64,000 nt of DNA, from the IMG/VR virus record IMGVR_UViG_3300025676_000011, positions 1 through 64,000 of that record; one strand, 5' to 3'. The position numbers and the translations under genes are program-made. The number at the start of each line of letters is the position of its first letter. Position 1 is the first letter of the stretch. The notes under the pieces are model-generated. The model was not told the DNA's origin. It saw nothing but the letters and a program-made list of their open reading frames with translations, and made no database searches. Shown in pieces: positions 56,456 to 64,000 of the stretch. The stretch comes from an uncultured virus (IMG/VR IMGVR_UViG_3300025676_000011) (lineage: Duplodnaviria; Heunggongvirae; Uroviricota; Caudoviricetes).

Positions 56456-56932
56456 GTGGTTAATAATCTAAGAAATATAATTATTGGTGATACCAATGTA
56501 GGAAAATCTACTTATTTGTATCAAATAGCAAACACATTAAATAAATGTGGGTATTCGGTATGCCTTATTGATGGTGATGGGTCTGGTATATCAAACCCTA
56601 TTGATAATGATGTTATAAACCTTGTGAATAAGAATGATGTTAGGTTATTTAAGATGGTAAATAATATTGATGATATTGATGTTATTTTAATTGATGATAT
56701 TGGATATTTATCTTCTGAGTGTATATCTGAGGTTTCTGATAGTAAAAAGGTTATTATATCAATTTGTTTCAAGGACTGGGGATCCAAACTGAATAAGTTT
56801 GTTGAAAAAAGTGAAATATTTAAATTGACTAAGACAACAATTGAGTATAATAATTCTATTATAGATAGAAATGGATATTTATTACAATCAATAAGAGAAA
56901 CAAAACTAAAATACTTATTAAATGAAAAATAG
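56456..56932 (+). CDS. Small P-loop NTPase-like protein with C-terminal RETKLKYLL motif
   Basis: GDTNVGKST Walker A and VILIDD Walker B. Confidence 0.65.
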   Translation: MVNNLRNIIIGDTNVGKSTYLYQIANTLNKCGYSVCLIDGDGSGISNPIDNDVINLVNKNDVRLFKMVNNIDDIDVILIDDIGYLSSECISEVSDSKKVIISICFKDWGSKLNKFVEKSEIFKLTKTTIEYNNSIIDRNGYLLQSIRETKLKYLLNEK

Positions 56933-57980
56933 TGTGGATAAACAGTATATAGATTTTCTAAAATATATACTTGAAAATGGTGAATTAAAAGAAGATAGAA
57001 CCGGAACCGGAACCATTTCAATATTTGATTATTCAATGACATTTGATATGTCAGAGGGTTTTCCGTTATTAACTTCTAAGAAAGTTTTTACAAAAGCTGT
57101 AATACACGAGCTAATATGGTTTTTGAGAGGTGATACAAATATAAAATATCTTGTCGATAATGGTGTTAATATTTGGAATGGTGATGCCTTTAAGAATTAT
57201 ATGAAGAATTCTAGTGAATTTAAGGGTGATTGGCCAGATACTATGATTGATTTTATTGATAGGGTTAAATCTGATGGTGAATTTGCTAAGAAATGGGGAG
57301 ATTTAGGCCCTGTTTATGGTAAACAATGGAGAAACTGGAAAGGTTATAAGAAAGTTGTTAATGGTTGGGAACATAATTCTCCTTCTAGTTGGAAGGACGT
57401 TCCTCAGGTAGACCAAATAGCCGATTTAATAAGAGACCTTAAAAATAATCCAGATTCTAGAAGGCTTATGGTCAGTGCTTGGAATCCTGGAGAGCTTGAT
57501 AAGATGGTTTTACCACCTTGTCATTATGGGTTTCAGTGTTATACTAATAAAATGACACACGATGAAAGAAGGGAATGGTGGTGTTCGTCAATAAATAAGT
57601 CTTTAATATATTCACAGGATATGACTGATGATATGTTAGATGATAGAGAAGTACCTAGAAAAAAATTGAGTCTTAAATGGAATCAAAGATCAGTGGATTC
57701 ATTTTTAGGATTACCATTTAATATAGCATCATATGGTATATTATTACACCTTTTAGCTAGAGAGGTTAATATGGTTCCAAATCAATTAAAGTTTTCTGGT
57801 GGTGATTGTCATATATATACTAACCATGTTGATCAAGTAAAACAACAATTAACAAGAGAAACATTTGGTTTGTGTAAAATAGAATTAAATAACATTTCGA
57901 TAGATAATTTATATTTTGATAATATCAAGATTATTAATTATGAATCATCTGGTGTTATAAAAGCACCTTTATCAAACTAA
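56922..57980 (+). CDS. thyA: Thymidylate synthase
   Basis: DRTGTGT, FPLLTSKK, LGPVYGKQWR, LPPCH, QRSVDSFLGLPFNIASY, HIYTNH. Confidence 0.97.
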   Translation: MKNSVDKQYIDFLKYILENGELKEDRTGTGTISIFDYSMTFDMSEGFPLLTSKKVFTKAVIHELIWFLRGDTNIKYLVDNGVNIWNGDAFKNYMKNSSEFKGDWPDTMIDFIDRVKSDGEFAKKWGDLGPVYGKQWRNWKGYKKVVNGWEHNSPSSWKDVPQVDQIADLIRDLKNNPDSRRLMVSAWNPGELDKMVLPPCHYGFQCYTNKMTHDERREWWCSSINKSLIYSQDMTDDMLDDREVPRKKLSLKWNQRSVDSFLGLPFNIASYGILLHLLAREVNMVPNQLKFSGGDCHIYTNHVDQVKQQLTRETFGLCKIELNNISIDNLYFDNIKIINYESSGVIKAPLSN

Positions 57981-58025
57981 TTTATTATTAATAGATGGGT
58001 TTAAAAATTAAAATTAAAAATATAA

Positions 58026-58520
58026 ATGAGTAATTTAGCAAAACAATATGAATATTTAGAAAAACTTGTTGAACAGGTTAAAGATATGGATACTGATGAA
58101 TTATCAGATGAGGTGGATAATGAATCTTCTACTAAGGTAATTGAAGAACAAAAGATATTTTTTTGGATTAGACTTTATTTAAGTGAGGAAGATCCTAATG
58201 TTAAAGTTGGTGATGATATCACAATAGAATGGGTACATACGGGTGAGAAGTTAAAAACTAAATTTGCTGCTTATGGTAAAGAAGGTGTTAATAAAGACCA
58301 AGGTGATGAAATGACAAATTATAACCCAGAAGATGATAAAAGAATACTTTGTTTGATGATAGATACTAAAATGATTAACTTCAATGATGATTTACCTTTT
58401 ATAAGAACATTATTTAAGACTGGTTATCATTATGAGTATCAATTAGTGAAAAGAAATGATTTAACATTTACTAATGATAGAAGTGGTATTATGTTGGATT
58501 ATTTTGATTGTGATTTTTAA
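58026..58520 (+). CDS. Hypothetical protein
   Basis: ORF track. Confidence 0.75.
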   Translation: MSNLAKQYEYLEKLVEQVKDMDTDELSDEVDNESSTKVIEEQKIFFWIRLYLSEEDPNVKVGDDITIEWVHTGEKLKTKFAAYGKEGVNKDQGDEMTNYNPEDDKRILCLMIDTKMINFNDDLPFIRTLFKTGYHYEYQLVKRNDLTFTNDRSGIMLDYFDCDF

Positions 58521-58629
58521 TAAAAGTGTATTTCATACTTTATATATACTTTAATTAATTATATCCCGAAATATCAAGGAAACGAGTTTTTGGATATAAT
58601 ATATACAGTATAAAAAATTATATTTTAAT

Positions 58630-59025
58630 ATGAAATATTTAAAGACGTTTGAAAATTACTCTCCAGTAAATGAAGAGGAAGAAGGAATAAGAAAGTTCTT
58701 TACTGGTCATGACAGTAGTGATGATAGAGATAAGGCTATGGTAGCTTTCAATAAAGCTTTAGATGATGCTGAAGAAGCTGCAAATAAAAATCCAAAGGGT
58801 TATTCGTTTAACAGAGAACGTTTAGAAAAAGAAGCTAGTGAAAATAACTATAAAGGTGGATTAAGAATCCAAAGAGGTGGTAGAAAAGACAGATCACCCG
58901 GTCAAGCATCCGCTAATTCGAGTAGAATGTACGTTGTTTATGACGATGGTGTTACTGGATTTGTAGATGTGTTTGTAAAACCAGCAGCTGCTAATAGAAA
59001 AGATAGTGGATTTAATAGACCATAA
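58630..59025 (+). CDS. Hypothetical late protein with capsid-targeting-like N-terminus
   Basis: MKYLKTFENYSPVNEE; AATATATAC upstream. Confidence 0.78.
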   Translation: MKYLKTFENYSPVNEEEEGIRKFFTGHDSSDDRDKAMVAFNKALDDAEEAANKNPKGYSFNRERLEKEASENNYKGGLRIQRGGRKDRSPGQASANSSRMYVVYDDGVTGFVDVFVKPAAANRKDSGFNRP

Positions 59026-59046
59026 TTCATAAGGAGTTAAATAAAT

Positions 59047-59076
59047 AAAAAAAGGGACTTTTGAGTCCCTTTTTTT
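59047..59076. terminator. Bidirectional terminator
   Basis: AAAAAAAGGGACT...AGTCCCTTTTTTT. Confidence 0.85.
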
Positions 59077-59085
59077 ATGCCTTTT

Positions 59086-59502
59086 TTATGATGCTGTTGA
59101 TGATAAAATATTTTTATCAATTTTATCTAGTGAGTCCATACCAGTTTCATTAATCTTATCAAGTATATCATCAATCGAAGTCGTTTCTACTCGAAAATCT
59201 TCAAATAGGTAAGGTGTTAATTTCTCTACTTCTGGATATTTTTTTTGTGTCTTACCCTTAATAACCGAATCAGTTACATCAAGAACATCAAATTCAAATC
59301 CGTATTTTGTGAAAATATTAGCAAATGTATCAACTTTATAATCATTTAGTCTAATAAAGACATCATCATTTTCTGTGAATCCTACATATTTTACATCCTC
59401 AGGATTTAAACAATTAGTAAAGTCATTATATATTGGGTGTTTTACATCCTCAATATCGACAAGTTTCGTGAATTTTAGTAAGTAAATTTTGTTAGCTTTC
59501 AT
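59086..59502 (-). CDS. Hypothetical protein with a C-terminal DUF6576-like motif
   Basis: IDDILDKINETGMDSLDKIDKNIL. Confidence 0.65.
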   Translation of the reverse strand: MKANKIYLLKFTKLVDIEDVKHPIYNDFTNCLNPEDVKYVGFTENDDVFIRLNDYKVDTFANIFTKYGFEFDVLDVTDSVIKGKTQKKYPEVEKLTPYLFEDFRVETTSIDDILDKINETGMDSLDKIDKNILSSTAS

Positions 59503-59539
59503 AATAGTGGTTTTAATGAATATCTTAATTGATATACTA

Positions 59540-59575
59540 CAATATACGAATAATATATCAATTAACCTAATTTTT
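59540..59575 (-). promoter_or_regulatory. Early-type promoter TTAG-N20-TATATTGT
   Basis: The minus strand reads AAAAATTAGGTTAATTGATATATTATTCGTATATTGTA, near-identical to 821-858. Confidence 0.7.
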
Positions 59576-59699
59576 AGTAAGTTATTTTTAATATAATTAC
59601 TTTATATATTGTCTAATAAATATACACATATTATTTCGATAAACAAAACATTTCATAACTTTTCTCTATAAATTATCTATAATAAATTAAAATAAGAAT

Positions 59700-61238
59700 A
59701 TGTTAGTCGAAACTCAATATTTAACACATAGTAAAAAATTAGTAGTAAGTTACGTTGATAAGACGGGCGATATAAAATTAAAATATTATAATTGGGATAA
59801 TCCAATGAAATATGTTTCTTGTGAAGATACTGATAAGCAAAAGCATCCAAAGTTTAAATCTTGGGATGGTAAGAATGTTAAGCAAATAGAGGTTAATCAC
59901 CCAGATAGATATGCTGTTTATGAATTCTTAGATGGTTTACCAGAGAGTGAGAGAGAAGAAATATTCGAATTTAATTTACCTAAAATATACTTTATTGATA
60001 TTGAGACAGAAATTGTTGATGGCTTTCCAGAAGCTGCTGATATTTATAAGGAGGATGCTGATGGTAATAATATCCTTATAAAGGAGGGAGCTTGTACTAG
60101 AGTATTATCTATATCGATAGTTTATGATGATAAAATCATTCTATTGGGATTAAAGGATATGCCGGAAGATATGCAGGAAAGAATAATAACAAATACCAAT
60201 GAATATTTCAAAGATGTTGGTGGTGTAGAGTATAAATTTAAGTATGTCAAATATGAAGATGAGTTTGATATGTTATATGCTTTCTTTCATAAGATGGTTC
60301 CTAAGATGCCACTACTAACTGGTTGGAATTTCCTTAAATATGATTGGTTGTATTTAGTTAACCGTTGTAAAAAGATATCAAAATGGGTAAATGGTAAAGA
60401 ATATACCATAAATCCAAATGTTTCATCTTTAACAAAAAGATTAAATAAGAAATGGGGTACTGAATATGAAGTTCCTGCTCATAGGATGATTTTTGATTAT
60501 ATGCAGTTGTATGAGATATGTGATACATCTATTAAAGTAAAGGAATCATCATCTTTAGATTTCGTTTCGAGTAAATTAGTTGGTGTTGAAAAGATTAAAT
60601 ACACTGGGTCGTTACAGAAGCTATATGAGGATGACTTTGAAACATTTATGTATTATAATGCTGTCGATTCTGTATTGGTACAAAAAATACATGATTCAAG
60701 AAATTATATCTCTATTATTTATGCGATTTCTTCATTGTCTAAAATCAGAATAGTTGATGTTGTTTCTCAAATGAATAATGCTCTTGGTTCATTAGCTATT
60801 ACAGAAGGCGTTTTGAGAAACAGATTTCGTGAAATGGATAACATAGTATTATTCAAAGAAGAAAAGGGTGATGCTGAATCCACAATCGCCGGCGGATGGG
60901 TTAAGGATCCTGTCGTGGGTATGAATGAGTGGGTTGTGTGTTACGATTTTGCTTCCTTGTATCCAACTACACAAAGGCAATTTTATATATCACCAGAGAA
61001 CTTTGTGGGTATCCAAGATAAAGAGGATAAGGCTAAGTGTGCTAATGGTAGACCGATTGAAGATAATATGGTCGTCTGTGTAAACGGTAGTGTTTTTGAA
61101 AAAAGATTATCACCTACACTTAGGATGTTGGAGGATGTTTATGGTGATAGAAAGAAGAATAAGAAAATAATGATGGTTAAGAAAGAAGAACGTAAAGATA
61201 TTCTTGATCAAATAGCTGAATTAGAAGGAGAGATATAA
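59700..61238 (+). CDS. Family B DNA polymerase, N-terminal subunit (exonuclease plus motif A) of a split gene
   Basis: DIETE (ExoI), GWNFLKYD (ExoII), YNAVD (ExoIII), GGWVKDP, DFASLYP; ends in the fingers helix without motifs B and C. Confidence 0.88.
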   Translation: MLVETQYLTHSKKLVVSYVDKTGDIKLKYYNWDNPMKYVSCEDTDKQKHPKFKSWDGKNVKQIEVNHPDRYAVYEFLDGLPESEREEIFEFNLPKIYFIDIETEIVDGFPEAADIYKEDADGNNILIKEGACTRVLSISIVYDDKIILLGLKDMPEDMQERIITNTNEYFKDVGGVEYKFKYVKYEDEFDMLYAFFHKMVPKMPLLTGWNFLKYDWLYLVNRCKKISKWVNGKEYTINPNVSSLTKRLNKKWGTEYEVPAHRMIFDYMQLYEICDTSIKVKESSSLDFVSSKLVGVEKIKYTGSLQKLYEDDFETFMYYNAVDSVLVQKIHDSRNYISIIYAISSLSKIRIVDVVSQMNNALGSLAITEGVLRNRFREMDNIVLFKEEKGDAESTIAGGWVKDPVVGMNEWVVCYDFASLYPTTQRQFYISPENFVGIQDKEDKAKCANGRPIEDNMVVCVNGSVFEKRLSPTLRMLEDVYGDRKKNKKIMMVKKEERKDILDQIAELEGEI

Positions 61239-61242
61239 TTAA

Positions 61243-61881
61243 TTACTTGACCTTAATAGGTTCCCAATTTAAATTTGGAAGTCTTTCTTTTATAACCTTA
61301 GTTGCTTTTCTTAAAAATTTTGAATTATCATCATAGAATATAACTTTATTAACACCAGTTTCTTTAACAAGTTCAACTATTTTGTGACCTTTCCACTCAC
61401 CCGCATTTTTTATTCTGGTTGGTAACATATGTAATCCATATTTTGGATATTCAATTCCTAACTTTGATAAAACGGATATTAACTTTTCTTTTATTACTTC
61501 TGGTCTAGCTGTTACTATACATTTATTATCCACCTTATTATATAGGTCAATTAGTGGTTTTAATTCTGTTGGTAAACTCTCATCTGTTTGTGAAAATATA
61601 TTTGGAGTTACTAGATATAATCTAGATTTTTTTCTAACCCAGTTTCCAAATTCTTTATATCTATATGTTGGGTCGTCAAGATATATGCGACCATTTTCCC
61701 ATTTTAAATCTTCGATTTTACAACCTGATCTTCTAATAGAAATATCTAATAGGTCTTTGACTGAATAACTCTCCTTTAAGTATTTTAGAGCTAGTTCCTC
61801 AAAACTAGGAGTCTCTACTAATGTATCATCAAAATCAAATACATATAAGGTATCATATTCTTCAAATCTGTTAATCCTCAT
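61243..61881 (-). CDS. HAD-family phosphatase
   Basis: FDFDDTL, VTAR, WKG, FYDD. Confidence 0.78.
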   Translation of the reverse strand: MRINRFEEYDTLYVFDFDDTLVETPSFEELALKYLKESYSVKDLLDISIRRSGCKIEDLKWENGRIYLDDPTYRYKEFGNWVRKKSRLYLVTPNIFSQTDESLPTELKPLIDLYNKVDNKCIVTARPEVIKEKLISVLSKLGIEYPKYGLHMLPTRIKNAGEWKGHKIVELVKETGVNKVIFYDDNSKFLRKATKVIKERLPNLNWEPIKVK

Positions 61882-62050
61882 AAAGAACTTCGTTAATTAT
61901 ATCCGAAAGCATATCACCAAACATAAATATACATTTATTATAAACGATTTTATCATCAGTCTCTCCTAGACCAATCAAATTTTCGATATATATTTCAATG
62001 TCTTCTTTTGTTGTGTAAGTTCCGAATTCGTCATAAAAGTGCGGTATCAT
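61871..62050 (-). CDS. Small hypothetical protein (59 aa)
   Basis: Not in the track. MIPHFYDEFGTYTTKEDIEIYIENLIGLG...; overlaps the start of the HAD gene. Confidence 0.6.
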   Translation of the reverse strand: MIPHFYDEFGTYTTKEDIEIYIENLIGLGETDDKIVYNKCIFMFGDMLSDIINEVLYED

Positions 62051-62155
62051 AAAATATTTAGGTGTTTTCTTATATATTTATATTACTTCTTAAAAAAGTA
62101 CATTTTACAACTAAAGTCTAAAAAAAGATATAATTTTTATAAAATAAATTATTCT

Positions 62156-63823
62156 ATGTCTCTAAAAAAAGATTTATCCAAATACAAACCTAGAAAAGAA
62201 CAACAAGAAGCTTTAGAATTTATTGATGGTCAATTCAATGCTGATCCTCTAAAGAAATTCTTTCTACTTAATTTACCAGTTGGGACCGGTAAAAGTCACT
62301 TAGCTTTGATGATATCAGAATGGTATCGAAAAAATGTTAACCGAACAGCTAGAGTTGATATTATAACTAACAGTAAAATATTACAAGATCAATATGCTGA
62401 TACTTATAAATCAATATCCGATTTAAAGGGTAAAGATAATTATGAGTGTGAGCAATACTCTTGTTCTTGTGCTCAAGGTGCTGAGTTTAATAAACTTAAT
62501 AAGACTACTTGTGATTCTTGTCCATATTCAAATTCTAGAGAATCTTATATGGCTGGGGGTATTTCATTGACAAATTTCTATCTTTATATATTATACGCTA
62601 TGTATAATCCTAAGATGATGGAGAATAGAGGGGCTAGGGTATTGGTGGTCGATGAAGCTCATGATTTTGATGATGTTATGTCTGATTTTGTTTCTATTAG
62701 AATGACAGAGGGTATAATTAAGAAATTTATGTTTAGTGACGAAAAGAATCTTATTAAGAAATTAAAAGCTGTTCGTAACATAGAACAGTATGTTTCATAT
62801 CTTAGAATATTAAATAGTGAGATACTATCAACTGTTGAGAGTATGGAAAAGGGAATTGGTTCTAAGAGTAGAAATGTTCGAGAAGATAAGAGAGATCTTA
62901 AATTAAGTAAGTTATTTAAATCTAAAAATTCGGATGTTAAGGTAATGCAATTAGTTAATGATTTGAGACAGTATCAAGTCAAGATAGAACTTTTCTTAAA
63001 AGAGTTCAAGGAGAATCCAAATAACTGGGTGCTTGAATCTAGATATAATGAAAAGTTAAGGCAAAAAGAGTTATCATTAGAGCCTATTTGGGCTTATGAC
63101 TACTTAGATAAGTATGTATTTAGTAATTATGATATGGTTTTTCTTATGTCTGGTACTATTTTGGATAAGAATTTATTCTGTCAGTTGAATGGTTTAGATA
63201 TTAAGAAAGCAGCTTATTACTCAATTGAGTCTCCATTTCCATTAAAGAATAGACCACTATATTATATGCCTCTTGGTAAGATGTCATATAAGAGTAAAGA
63301 GGAAACATTCAAAAGATATATTCCATATATTAAGAAGTTATTGAGTAAGTATGAGGGTAAGAAAGGTATTATACACACCAATTCATTTGAATTAGCTAAT
63401 TGGATACAGAAATCAATAAAGGATCCAAGATTGGTTTACCATGATTCATCCAATAAAGATGAAGTTCTAAAGATGCATTTTGAGAGTGATGAACCAACAG
63501 TTATTGTTAGTCCAAGTATGGGTACTGGTGTTTCGTTTGATGATGAAAGAGCTAGATTTCAAATAATCGCTAAGGTTCCTTATCCTAGTTTAGCTTCTCA
63601 GAAGAATAAATTGAGACAAAGTAATAACCCGGATTGGTATGCTTGGAAGACGGTTTCTGGTATAATACAGATGAGTGGTAGAGCAGTTAGGTCAAATACT
63701 GACTACTGTGATACGATTATAATCGATGGTTCTTTTGGTGATGTTATTAAACATAGTTCACACTTCTTACCACAATGGGTACAAAGTGCGGTCAAACGTA
63801 TTAATATAAAAATAGAAGCCTAA
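62156..63823 (+). CDS. DinG/XPD-like SF2 helicase with a Cys cluster
   Basis: PRKEQ, PVGTGKS, DEAH, MSGT, GVSF, KVPYP, QMSGRAVR; Cys-rich CEQYSCSC...CDSCPY. Start MSLKKD at 62156 preferred. Confidence 0.88.
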   Translation: MSLKKDLSKYKPRKEQQEALEFIDGQFNADPLKKFFLLNLPVGTGKSHLALMISEWYRKNVNRTARVDIITNSKILQDQYADTYKSISDLKGKDNYECEQYSCSCAQGAEFNKLNKTTCDSCPYSNSRESYMAGGISLTNFYLYILYAMYNPKMMENRGARVLVVDEAHDFDDVMSDFVSIRMTEGIIKKFMFSDEKNLIKKLKAVRNIEQYVSYLRILNSEILSTVESMEKGIGSKSRNVREDKRDLKLSKLFKSKNSDVKVMQLVNDLRQYQVKIELFLKEFKENPNNWVLESRYNEKLRQKELSLEPIWAYDYLDKYVFSNYDMVFLMSGTILDKNLFCQLNGLDIKKAAYYSIESPFPLKNRPLYYMPLGKMSYKSKEETFKRYIPYIKKLLSKYEGKKGIIHTNSFELANWIQKSIKDPRLVYHDSSNKDEVLKMHFESDEPTVIVSPSMGTGVSFDDERARFQIIAKVPYPSLASQKNKLRQSNNPDWYAWKTVSGIIQMSGRAVRSNTDYCDTIIIDGSFGDVIKHSSHFLPQWVQSAVKRINIKIEA

Positions 63824-63852
63824 AAAAAGAGACTCGATTGAGTCTCTTTTTT
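63822..63852. terminator. Bidirectional terminator
   Basis: AAAAAAAGAGACTC...GAGTCTCTTTTTT. Confidence 0.85.
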
Positions 63853-63870
63853 GTTTTATATATCTGTTAA

Positions 63871-64000
63871 TTATTTCTTTTCTATTGTTACTTCATAATA
63901 AGTACCATTTCTACCACCTACACTAAGTACTGGAAATTTCTCTTTCATTTCTTTGAGAATTTCCTCATCAAAAGGCATATATACATAAAAAGCTTCTTTA
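63871..64000 (-). CDS. 3' end of a gene entering from beyond the window
   Basis: Open frame ...KEAFYVYMPFDEEILKEMKEKFPVLSVGGRNGTYYEVTIEKK*. Confidence 0.6.
   Translation of the reverse strand, partial: KEAFYVYMPFDEEILKEMKEKFPVLSVGGRNGTYYEVTIEKK

Noticed and set aside
1..64000. Stop-codon reassignment as seen in some Bacteroidota and jumbo phages
   Set aside because: Core genes are full length and densely packed under the standard code, and the polB half ends in TAA.

Overview
This AT-rich window is from a large T4-like (jumbo) myophage. The host is probably Bacteroidota, judging by TTTG-N20-TATATTTG promoters, the lack of Shine-Dalgarno sites and a tmRNA tag that starts with Gly. Head and packaging genes: small and large terminase, gp4/gp2-like proteins, portal, fused prohead protease-scaffold, major capsid protein. 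Tail and baseplate genes: gp25-like, gp15-like, a 1955-aa virion protein and a tape-measure-like protein. Replication and transcription genes: clamp loader, N-terminal half of a split family B polymerase, DinG-like helicase, PolA-fold protein, gp55-like late sigma, thyA and a Dam-like methylase. Host-like auxiliary genes include an unannotated tmRNA, RNase R, NFACT-R, ClpS, type II glutamine synthetase, a minimal GluRS-like protein, NADAR, a 2H phosphoesterase, two M28 peptidases and three HAD phosphatases. The most unusual signals are: (1) truncated or catalytically dead copies of capsid protein and prohead protease, plus other fragments, that all carry one short R-x-x-[KRS]-[IL]-N-x-[ILV]-[LIF] motif; (2) about 15 unrelated proteins with a shared N-terminal capsid-targeting-like peptide; (3) a tmRNA with a non-canonical T-arm and a 29-aa tag ending LVEA; (4) three promoter classes readable from sequence, plus a 19-bp element specific to the two main head genes. 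All family assignments come from recognising motifs by eye; no database searches were run.
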